This document shows, one piece after another, positions 1 to 10,600 of a stretch of DNA of 64,000 nucleotides. Source of the DNA: Mytilus trossulus (lineage: Eukaryota); contig NC_086379.1 in assembly GCF_036588685.1 (NCBI RefSeq), positions 59,334,001-59,398,000 of the forward strand, given 5' to 3'. Made by a program: the position numbers and the translations under genes. The stretch's first letter is position 1. Each line of letters opens with the position of its first letter. Under the pieces are notes generated by a model that saw only the letters and a program-made list of their open reading frames with translations, did not search any database and was not told the origin of the DNA.

Positions 1-1554
1 CATTGTATATTGTGTGATTATAAGAATCATTGTATATTGTGTGATTATAAGAATCATTGTATATTGTGTGATTATAATAATCATTGTATATTGTGTGATT
101 ATAATAATCATTGTATATTGTGTGATTATAATAATCATTGTACATTGTGTGATTATAATAACCATTGTGCATTGTGTGATTATAAGAATCATTGTATATT
201 GTGTGATTATAAGAATCATTGTATATTGTGTGATTATAATAACCATTGTATATTGTGTGATTATAATAACCATTGTATATTGTGTGATTATAATAACCAT
301 TGTACATTGTGTGATTATAAGAATCATTGTATATTGTGCGATTATAATAATCATTGTACATTGTGTGATTATAATAATCATTGTACATTGTGTGATTATA
401 ATAACCATTGTATATTGTGTGATTATAATAATCATTGTACATTGTGTGATTATAATAACCATTGTACATTGTGTGATTATAATAATCATTGTACATTGTG
501 CGATTATAATAACCATTGTATATTGTGTGATTATAATAATCATTGTATATTCTGTGATTATAATAATCATTGTACATTGTGTGATTATAAGAATCATTGT
601 ACATTGTGCGATTATAATAATCATTGTATATTGTGTGATTATAAGAATCATTGTATATTGTGTGATTATAAGAATCATTGTATATTGTGTGATTATAATA
701 ATCATTGTACATTGTGTGATTATAATAACCATTGTATATCGTGTGATTATAATAATCATTGTACATTGTGTGATTATAATAACCATTGTACATTGTGTGA
801 TTATAATAATCATTGTACATTGTGCGATTATAATAATCATTGTACATTGTGTGATTATAAGAATCATTGTATATTGTGTGATTATAATAATCATTGTACA
901 TTGTGTGATTATAATAATCATTGTACATTGTGTGATTATAATAGTCATTGTATATTGTGTGATTATAATAGTCATTGTATATTGTGTGATTATAAGAATC
1001 ATTGTATATTGTGTGATTATAATAACCATTGGATATTGTGTGATTATAATAACCATTGGATATTGTGTGATTATAATAACCATTGGATATTGTGTGATTA
1101 TAATAACCATTGTATATTGTGTGATTATAATAATCATTGTACATTGTGTGATTATAATAATCATTGTACATTGTGCGATTATAATAATCATTGTACATTG
1201 TGCGATTATAATAATCATTGTACATTGTGTGATTATAATAATCATTGTATATTGTGTGATTATAATAATCATTGTACATTGTGTGATTATAATAATCATT
1301 GTACATTGTGTGATTATAATAATCATTGTATATTGTGTGATTATAATAATCATTGTATATTGTGTGATTATAATAATCATTGTACATTGTGTGATTATAA
1401 TAATCATTGTATATTGTGTGATTATAATAATCATTGTACATTGTGTGATTATAATAATCATTGTATATTGTGTGATTATAAGAATCATTGTATATTGTGT
1501 GATTATAATAATCATTGTACATTGTGTGATTATAATAATCATTGTATATTGTGT
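1..1554. repeat. 27-bp minisatellite (about 57 copies, truncated by the window edge) in GID4 intron 3
   Basis: Unit CATTGTA(T/C)ATTGTGTGATTATAA(T/G)AA(T/C) repeated head-to-tail. It explains the 541-aa and 514-aa ORFs (9-aa periodicity). Confidence 0.97.
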
Positions 1555-1934
1555 CTGAATAATTGTAAATTCTTGAAATATATCAAAATTATAAATATTT
1601 TGATGAGTTGCACCATGACATACCATGTTATTTAGTGGTTGTCATTCTTTATTGTATATCATATTTGATTTTTTTTGTTTTTTTTTTTCATAAATCAGGC
1701 TATTGGTTTTCTCAGTTTGCAATTTGTTGTGTGAGGGTCTTCTACAGCCTGCAATGCAGTATTAGTTATGCTCATAGTTGAAACCAGTGGCCTATATTTG
1801 CTTAGATCCACTTCATTTATTCTCTGGTGGATAGTAGTCACTTTGGCAATCAAACCACTTCTCCTTATTTTATGTTAACTGCAAAGACGTTTATATTATA
1901 AACTCAACATAATGACTTAATGTAAGTAGCTTAC

Positions 1935-4900
1935 CTTCCATCTCATAAACACAAAATCTGTGTTGTTTAATTCTTCATAATCAAAAGAATCAGAGTTAAA
2001 ATTCTTGGCAAATGGATAAAAAGATAAAAACTTCCCCTGAAAGTATTAAGAAAATTACATGATTACGATATAAGAAGAAAAAATATGAAAAGACATAATT
2101 AGGTGCTGTAATTATATCAACACCTATTTCAAACAAGTACTGATCGAAAAGAAGTTTGAAAATGTTTTTAAACATTACGAAATTCGTAAAATTTAGATTT
2201 TTATAGCTATAAATATGTTACCATCATAAATTCTGAGTGTAACCCCAATTGTGTCATAGGTCAGATGGAAAATCCTGACTAAAAATAAACGTACTCTCAC
2301 TGGTCCGGACATATACCCCTGTTTGCCCATATTCTTCCATTCAATTTCCATCTGCGACATCGGTCACACGTGCACATCAAGTTTTACAGATTCAACAGAG
2401 AAGTGTTTAGTTTTTTGAATAGCTTAATTGCTTTTCATATATTGTGTATTTTATTGGAAATATATTCCCTTGTTTTATTTAAATTTCTAAACAAATTATT
2501 TGTGTTTTTTTGACTAAAGTAAATTTTATTATGGACTTTAATTTGAATAGTCCATACGTAAATATTCCTGGTTCGGACTATCTCTTAGAGGGGTCACTAC
2601 CTTTAGGTCCCCCCCAAACTACCAGTACATTGACCGGAGTTTCGACAACGGTGTCTGGTAATGCTACCTATCCGACCCTTTCACAAGGTTCGGCCATGCA
2701 TTTTGGGGGGTACCTACGTCAACTTCGGTGACTCATACTTTATCTAGGCCTGTTAATTCAGCGGGTACTATTAGTTCTGTCCCAGGTACAGCTATGGGCT
2801 TGAACTTGCCAGGTTCTAGACCCCCATTATCCTATTGTGGGTATATGCTTCCCAACACGGGCACACAACCTTTACCCTCATGGTCTCAGCCACCTTGGCC
2901 ACAGTCTTACCCTTATGGTGGGTTTATGCCAAACCAACCTGGTTTTTGGCCTTATAGGGACAATTTCTATGGTCCCCCTTCTGGGGTAGCTACTGCACCG
3001 CCTTTAGCTACTGCTCTACCCATAGCAGTATCTTTGACTCCTGCAGTAGCTCCTTCTACCACCGTACCTGACTCTCAAGCTCAATCTTCTAGTTCTTCTC
3101 ATGGTACTCAGGTTTCTGATCATGCATCACCTTTGGATGGTTTACAGAAGTTACTTTTGGACTTTGGTGAGTCTTTCAAGGCTGAATTTAGTACTCTATC
3201 CAGTCGTATGACTCTACTGGAGAATAGAGTTTCTTCTCATCAACCTTCTCCAGCTAAGTCTGTAGAATGTGATGAGAGGGAGGATGACGAGCTTTCTGTT
3301 TCCCCTGGGAGTCATGAAAGGGCTTTCCTCACTGATGAGGATGTTGAAAGTTCTTCTTCTCCCAAGGTATCGAAGACGGCCCCTGAGCCTTCTTCTAAGT
3401 CAGCTCAACAACCTCCCACCAAGGAGACTGAGGATCCTCCTTCCTTGAAGGATCTTAGGGATAAGGTGTATATCTTGATGAGGGATGAAGCACATATCCC
3501 TTTTGCCTCTCCTTCCAAGCCGAAGAAACCTTCTTCAACTTTTGAAGCTTACTGTGGTATTTCTCAGGATACTGTGACTTCTCACAATTCTTTTCCTGAA
3601 TCTGGCCATATGGCTTTTGCTTTACAATTTATTAATGAATGTATCGCTAATTCTGCTAGTGAAAAGGTTGCTAATAACAATATCTCTGGATTTGGAATGT
3701 CATCCTTTTCTGATCAGGTTAAGAACAAGGATTTTGATATCTTTGATTCTTCACTGGGTAGACTTGTTCCCAGTTGTGACAAATCTATGTCATCTTTATT
3801 GGGAAAAAAGCCAGTAGATGGTCTTCGTCTCACTCAACCTGTTTGGTCAAAGACTGAGAATCTCCTTCGTAGTGCTTCCTAAGTTCTTGGCACAGCCGAA
3901 CATTTTCTAGCTGCAACCGGACATTTGCTTAACAGCGAAGATTCGGTCGTTTCAGCAGAAGTACGATCTCCGGAAGGAGTGAAATCCATGCCTTCTCTAT
4001 TTCTGATGCTTGCCTTCGATTTAACAGGGATAAATCTTCTGTTACTCTTTTAATGGATCCTGCTTTTTTGGCAAAGAATCAGATTCCAGATAAGGGTGCA
4101 GAACCAGTTGTGATTCCTGCACTCCCTAGCGATTCTATTTCTGTACTTTTATGTCCAGTAAGAATCCTTTCTATTTATCTGGAAAGAACGTGTAGTTTAC
4201 GTTCTGTTTCTAACTCAAGACTCTTTATTCCTATTAAAAAAGGAATCTCAGATCTTTCTGTTAAAACTATTTCTACTTGGATATGCAAATGCATATCTTT
4301 AGCTTATGGTTCTTCTAAGGCAGAACTTTTAAATAGTTTTAATGTTAAAGCTCATGATGTTAGGGGTATCTCTACATCCTGGGCTCTGTTTAACAGTGCA
4401 TCTTTAGAAGAGGTACTGTCTGCAGGTTTCTGGAGAAATGAGAACTCTTTTATATCTCACTATCTCCAATCTATGGCTACTTTTGCCGAGAGTTTATACT
4501 CTCTTGGACCTATAGTTTCAGCACAAAGATTGAACTTTCCTCCTGTTTCTTCTGTTACAGGGGATTCAGCTTTACGTTAGATTCTGTTACTCAGAATTTA
4601 TGATGGTAACGTATTTATAGCTATAAAATATTCAAATTTTAAAGTAAATTTGGATTTTATTAGATAAATACTTACCATCATAAATTATAGGTCCCACCCA
4701 CCTCCCCTTCATCCCCTTTCCTTATGTTTCTGTCTTGAGGAAATTGAATGGAAGAATATGGGCAAACAGGGGTATATGTCCGGACCAGTGAGAGTACGTT
4801 TATTTTTAGTCGGGATTTTCCATCTGACCTATGACGCAATTGGGGTTACACTCAGAATTTATGATGGTAAGTATTTATCTAATAAAATCCAAATTTACTT

Positions 4901-7550
4901 TAAAATTTGAATATTTTCAATTCATTTTTAAAATGTTTGCATAAATGTGATTCAATTACAAGATAACAAAGCTAAATTTGTGAAAAGGCATAAGAATATT
5001 GCACATTGATGCATGCAAACCTTTTTGTTCGTTAAAATTCATTATAATTACAATAATTACCCAATGTTTTCTGTCGACTTCTTCATCAGCTTCCCATTTC
5101 CTGGTCAGAAATGGATGTTTCTTACTGATTATCTCCCCTTCAAAGAATGTTGTCAATGTTGGGTATTCCTCTGTTAGGCCGTTTATCTTCAAATAACCAC
5201 AAAGGTAAGAATTGTCCATATCAACATACTGAAAAGAAAAATAAGGTTAAATTTAAGGCTACATTAAATTCATGTAGTATTTTTGGTTGCTTAATCTAAA
5301 AGCTCTTAAAATGTTTTGTTTCGAAAAGTAGACTACAGGTTTTTCAGAATCTTTTGGCAAATATTGCTGTGTATGTACCTAAAAGTGTAAAGTACAGGCA
5401 GACCTGCAATGCTGTGGAAATATAGGCCATGGACTCACTATGGGTTAAAAAGAAAATAAAAAATTTGATTTTAATGTGAATTTTTGAAGTTCAGACTCCT
5501 ACCATGCCTACAAAAGATGCAATTAACTACAATAAATTGAGAATTTTTTTACAGATTTTGAAATTGATTCACATATAAAAGTAGCTGCGGTATCGTAGCT
5601 CTTTAGGTCCTTTTGTTATTTTTTGACTTTTTGCGGACTAATATAAAAGTTGAATTTGGGTAAATGAAAATTATATCCCTTTGGAAAATTTGTATGAAAT
5701 TTTATTTCTCACAAGTCATAATTTGGTAGTGAAATTCTATACTAATATGCAGACAAGGCAAATGAAATAACTTAATATTTTTGTGTAAACATTTTTCTGA
5801 TAAGTTTTCAATTCTAAATCAAAACTTTCAAAAGGAAAACATCTTTACAGCCTATTGCCCTTTAATATATTTAAGCTCAAACTTTGACAAACAATGTAGG
5901 TGTACAAAACCAAAGACTTGTCTATATACCCTATAATCGAGTCTTTATCAGGTTTGCAAATGAAAAATTCTAGTTAAAAATAAACAGAATGTGTTAAATA
6001 AGCTCAATCAGGCTTTAAAAGTCATCTCCCTAAAGAATTGCATTTCCAGACAACAGCTGTGAAGCACAAATTTAATTAAGAATATTACCATGGGAGACAA
6101 CTTTGCATTGTTTAAGTTTAAGTTGTATTATTGAGTTTATATGCCATAGTCAGATCAGGAAATATTAATAATGTTTCTCATATTAAAAGATTATTTTTTT
6201 TTTTAAATATTGATATTTGTTTTCTTTTAACTGGAATATTCACAATGGCCCGAATGGAATAATTAATACTGGTAATTATCGGCAATAAGAACATTTTCCC
6301 TTTGATCTTACTGGTATAACTGCCTAATATTTTCAATATCATGGACAGGACTTGATACTCGAAAAATATTAGGCAATGACGTCATGTATCAGTACAGTAA
6401 CGTCACATGTTCTTGTTCATTCGCTTCAATTTATCAATGAAATGCATGCAACTTCATTCATACAACCGAACAACGCACCCAACGTTTTGTACGCGTAAAA
6501 GTAGTTTTACTTATTATTTCAATTAACTTCATATTCTTTACAACAAAAACAGAGTTACGACAGATTGCCGATAAAAAGAATAATGGCATTTTATTTTTGA
6601 TACTGACTCCATCAGCTTGAATATCAGCTCTCCAGAGCAGGCTTGCTTGATATTCTGCTGATAAAGTCAGTATCAAAAACAAAAATGCCATTATTCTATA
6701 TGTATATATGAGGGGGGATAGGACCTTTATAGGGACTCCGGGATCAGGTGTTTTTATGCTCTGGATTTCAGGATTGACCCTTTCAGGATCCAGGAATTCT
6801 TTATTCAAGACCTCAGGATTCAGTGTGTTCAAACCTGGGATTGCGGGATCTGATGATATTAACCCCAGGATTTTGGGGTAAGGACCCCTCTTACCACTCC
6901 TCATATATGTATCTGAAACAAAATTGTCCTAACAATTATGACGTCTTGTCTTGACTTTAACTTTGAAGTGTTTAGTGTTTGTTTTTAACTATAATTTTTT
7001 TTTATTGTGATATCCAATGTCTATTCAAATTTCTTGCTAGATGTCTTCAAAGCTCCCTGTTGAAGGCCATACCTTGACCTTTAATCGTTAACATTTTACT
7101 TATACACCTTATCGCTATTCCTGCTTGACCTGAGAATCCGGCCTGCTTTTACTATTGACCTCATACAACAATCACTTTTCCATTGTGACGTCCGATATTT
7201 TGCATTATGTCTTTATCTGTTTATGACATCAATATTGTATGGGCACCTGTGCAACGTCCAGTAATGGCAGACAAATAGGGATGAAGTGTATTATGATTTG
7301 GAGTGAGAGTTGTTTCATTGGCACTCATACTGCAGCTTCTAAGTTCTTGCATGTCTATCTATAAACTTAAGAAAAGATTTACAGCAGAATTTACTATCAT
7401 TTTCGATACCTGTAAAATAACTTCTACATCATAGCAATTGCCTTTGCTTTTTTGGTGTCCCTGAAACCTTGATCCATTGTACAATAGACTGGTAGTTATT
7501 CCAGGGAGGTTGCTGTTCGCAGGAGGTGGTGGGTCAAGCTTTACCGGCAT
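1935..7550 (-). CDS. GID4: GID complex subunit 4 (Pro/N-degron recognin of the CTLH/GID E3 ligase); first three coding exons, 3' part off-window
   Basis: Exons 7550-7410 ([47 protein letters not shown]), 5228-5061 ([56 protein letters not shown]) and 2036-1935 ([34 protein letters not shown]). All have GT-AG phase-0 junctions. Very close to the human GID4 core as I recall it. Confidence 0.96.
2199..2349 (+). repeat. DIRS left inverted terminal repeat
   Basis: 2218-2349 is the reverse complement of 4739-4870 with 2 mismatches. The first ~40 nt are complementary to ICR 4589-4628. Confidence 0.95.
2531..3970 (+). pseudogene. DIRS ORF1 (gag-like), disrupted
   Basis: ATG at 2531; frameshift at the G-run 2705-2710; Pro/Ser-rich ORF 2728-3882; in-frame TAA at 3880-3882 followed by continued gag-like sequence ([16 protein letters not shown]) up to the deletion at about 3970. 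Confidence 0.75.
3969..4580 (+). pseudogene. DIRS tyrosine recombinase, C-terminal half
   Basis: Frame of ORF 4053-4580 extended upstream reads SGRSEIHAF...LCPVRIL...SRLFI...TISTWI...[12 protein letters not shown]...[13 protein letters not shown]. The HxxR and catalytic Tyr motifs are present. The N-terminal part and the first catalytic Arg (RxSE) appear lost at the deletion. Confidence 0.9.
4589..4686 (+). repeat. DIRS internal complementary region (ICR)
   Basis: 5' half is the reverse complement of the element's left end, 3' half is the reverse complement of the right end; the halves join through a shared AAAA at 4625-4628. Confidence 0.93.
4739..4917 (+). repeat. DIRS right ITR plus right extension
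   Basis: Inverted copy of the left ITR to 4870, then an extension 4871-4917 complementary to the ICR. Confidence 0.95.
6706..6906. mobile_element. Short MITE-like element with internal GGAT/CAGG repeats
   Basis: Termini ATATGAGGGGGGATAGG...CCACTCCTCATAT form imperfect inverted repeats in a TA-rich context. Explains ORF 6458-6904. Confidence 0.5.
7103..7291. mobile_element. MITE, TACACCTTATCGCTA family
   Basis: Same TIR and body (inverted) as copies at 26754-26919 and 27762-27900. Confidence 0.7.
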
Positions 7551-7671
7551 TGTTTTGGCATTCCTGTAAATTGTCCAAATGGACATTTCTTTTAATACCG
7601 GTGATTGGTCGGATTATTGTTTCCGGGTATCTCTAGCCAATCGCAGAAAGTTTTACATTTTCGTTTAAAAA
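7551..7671. promoter_or_regulatory. Compact bidirectional promoter GID4/ATPAF2
   Basis: Only 121 bp between the divergent ATGs; ATTGG 7604-7608 and CCAAT 7637-7641 in opposite orientations; ETS-like TTTCCGG near 7620; YY1-like AAAATGGC overlapping the ATPAF2 ATG. Confidence 0.75.
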
Positions 7672-10600
7672 ATGGCTGCGCCCATGAGAATTTATCATTC
7701 AGCTGTCAAAAGTTTCTTAAATGTATCAAATTCACATTGCACTTGTTCTGTGAGAAGATTCAACCCAAGAGGCATGTACATTTCAATGTCAAACAACACT
7801 GAATCCGGGTCCGTACGCCCTAATTCACGTTCGCCTTAGTACCTGTTCGCCCTGATACCTGTTCGCCCAGGGTCCATTCGCCCTGATTTTTATTTTTTAC
7901 TAATTGTTGTCTAGTCACTCTAGTGGCATAATTTTAAGTATTTGAATAAAATATGTTGAAGTTTGTTGAAAAAAATCACCGAATATTTATATTGCCGCAA
8001 TCAATTTCATCATTTTCCCTTTGATTGCAGTAGAATACTGGAATACAATGTATTTATCTTTGTTGATATTTGTTAACAAAATAATTGTATTCTGTCATTC
8101 ACTAATGTATGCAGTATCTGAGTGCAGTATAACTTAGACTAGTCTCAGAGTATTTTAATGAATGAACTTGTAAATCCGTTTAACAGTTCGTACATTTTTT
8201 TAAAATTAATTTCAAAAGCTGAATATATATTATCAAAACAAATTTGTTTTTTTATATTATAAATCCATCAAAAGACAGGTATCACAATAAGCAGTGATCC
8301 GAATTATTTTGTCATAAAACAATAAATTAATGATCCTTAACAAGCCATAAACTTTTAGATATTTCCATGTTTCCATAAATTTCAAGAATATATACCATCA
8401 TGACCATAGAATATATCTGATTAAGTTTATTCAACTTCAATGCCCTGAATATTAATATTTTTTAGTAGGGCCAACGGACTCTAAGGGCGAACGAATTCAG
8501 GGCAAAGGGACCCAGGGCGAACATGTTACTAGGGCGAACGGTCCCGATACCAACAACACTGACCATATGAAATCACAAGACACAATTAAAAAAAGAAAAT
8601 TAGCTACCCCCTTTTTAGAATATCAGTGTTTAAAACTGATAGTGTTATTAATATCTGTTTCTTTTTATTCATTATAATTACATTTGTTCTAACAAGCATC
8701 AGTTGTCTGAATTACGTTACCCTAGAGTACATTTTTATTTACAAACACTTAACCGTTAGCATTCCAATGGGAACCAAATGAGTTCCTTTTGTTGTTGATT
8801 TCATTGTTTCAAATAAATCGCTTGCCTATACCCAACCAGGTTGTATGGTCTCTTTCTATAAATACTATAGGGTGAAGTTTTAAGGAAAAAATTCCATGTA
8901 AATGTTTAACATGTTTAATTGAAGGTCATTGGAAATCTTAACATTTAATTTATTAATACTAAATTACTAAGAAGACATTTTAGGCCTCTGTGGCAGTCTT
9001 TCTGTTTCACAAGCTTGTTAATACTGTGAGTTTAATTCTAGAATATGACAGGTGAACTTGACTCCAATCTTAATTGACTAGGATTTTCTGCTTTCTTATC
9101 CAAGGTCATAGTTTTCACCAGACACTCTAACTTCCTCCAACAATAAAAACTGACCGCCATGACGTAAAACATTAGTGATGTAAGTGGTGTTAAAAACAAA
9201 ACAATCAATGAATCCATAATAGACAAATTTGGACAACATGGAATTTGCTGATTATCCTTGTTTTATAATAATCAATAATAGTACGTACTGTTTTTACAAA
9301 ACAAACAAAAATCAAGATCAATTGGTGGTCAGCTGTGGTTTGCTCTATGGTTGGGTTGTTGTCGCTTTGACACATTCCCCATTTCCTTTCTCAATGTTAT
9401 GTCATGAATGTGACAGGAAATTTTTTATTTAAAATACTTTCTTTCTTTTATTCAAATTTTGATAAAATATCATATAAAAAATAATGTATTTGGCCTTGAT
9501 CGGTTGATATGATATGTATATTGTATTTTTGGTCTAGCTATAAGATTCATTAATTTCTATGTACAGTATCTAGTTATATGTATTTTTTTTTTGGATTCAG
9601 AAGAAAATGTGCATTGATTGATAATTGATTTAAAGAATTTGCCAGAGTCTGTATTCGTATCACTAGAAAATTCACACTCCGTTTAAAACAAATTTAGATT
9701 AATGGTTTTCTTTTTACCTTTTACTACAACATCCACAAAAAATTTGTATTGTGCCATTGATTGATTGAAATTATATTGATACAGTATGTGTAGCATTAAC
9801 AACATTTTTCTTTTTTCTTTTTAGAGTTAAAGAAATTTTACAAGAATGCAACTATAAGTCAGACAAATGGTATTAATAATATTTGACAGTGGAAATAGCT
9901 TCATGTTATTGTACTGAAAACATTATAAAAAATATATGTTACTATTAACTAAACCAAATTGTCTTGTAATGTTAGAATAGAATTGTCAAAACTTTAAACT
10001 TAAAAGAATAAGCTTTAATTTTGTTTATTTTCAGAACAATACAATATGTTTAAAATAATAAGATGATGTGGTAATATTCAAATGAGACAAATCTCCACCA
10101 GAGACCAAATGACATAGAAGTTTACAACTATAGACTACTGGATAGCCTTAAGCATCAAGCAAAACCCATACTGCATATAGTCCACATTAAAAGGTCTTAC
10201 AATGTCAAATGTTAAACAATTCCAAAGAAAACTAACTACCTGATGTACAAAATAATGAACAAAAAACAAATATGATATACAGCAACAAAAGTGACCACTA
10301 AAATACTGGATCTTCTATTGGGACAGGTACATACAGAATGCATGTAAGAAAAACAACAAAGCTGGTTTTTTAGTTCAATGTGCTAGTGATTTCTTGTTAT
10401 TACTATCAGCATTTCATTTTAGAGTTTCAAATTATCGGTCCATTTTCTTGGACACTGCAGGCATTTTTGGTAATAGAAGACATTTTACAAAATATTTTGG
10501 ACATGAAGTTTTTTTATATTTACAATTACATGTACCAACTACTATCTCTTAAAAAATTTGGAAGTTTATCTGCTATAAAAAATATAATAAAATGTTCTGG

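Larger units (their letters stand above)
2199..4917 (+). mobile_element. Internally deleted (non-autonomous) DIRS1-like tyrosine-recombinase retrotransposon in GID4 intron 2
   Basis: Left ITR 2199-2349; right ITR plus 3' extension 4739-4917; ICR 4589-4686; gag-like ORF and C-terminal half of the YR; T-run at both ends; no RT/RNaseH. Confidence 0.93.

Noticed and set aside
10-1635. 541-aa Cys/His-repeat and 514-aa Ile-rich ORFs as genes; CRISPR-like array
   Set aside because: Pure translation of a 27-bp tandem repeat inside a GID4 intron; the first ORF has no ATG start; units are contiguous with no unique spacers, and the DNA is eukaryotic.
2701-2712. Programmed -1 frameshift in DIRS ORF1
   Set aside because: TTTTGGGGGG is not a canonical slippery heptamer; a 1-nt homopolymer loss or sequencing error is simpler, and the ORF has another stop.
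4053-4580. Phage or bacterial integrase from horizontal transfer or contamination
   Set aside because: It lies inside a DIRS ITR/ICR structure next to a gag-like ORF, so it is a DIRS tyrosine recombinase.
7564-7570. Splice or trans-splice acceptor upstream of the GID4 ATG
   Set aside because: Weak pyrimidine tract and no room for an upstream exon without overlapping ATPAF2; unsupported without transcript data.
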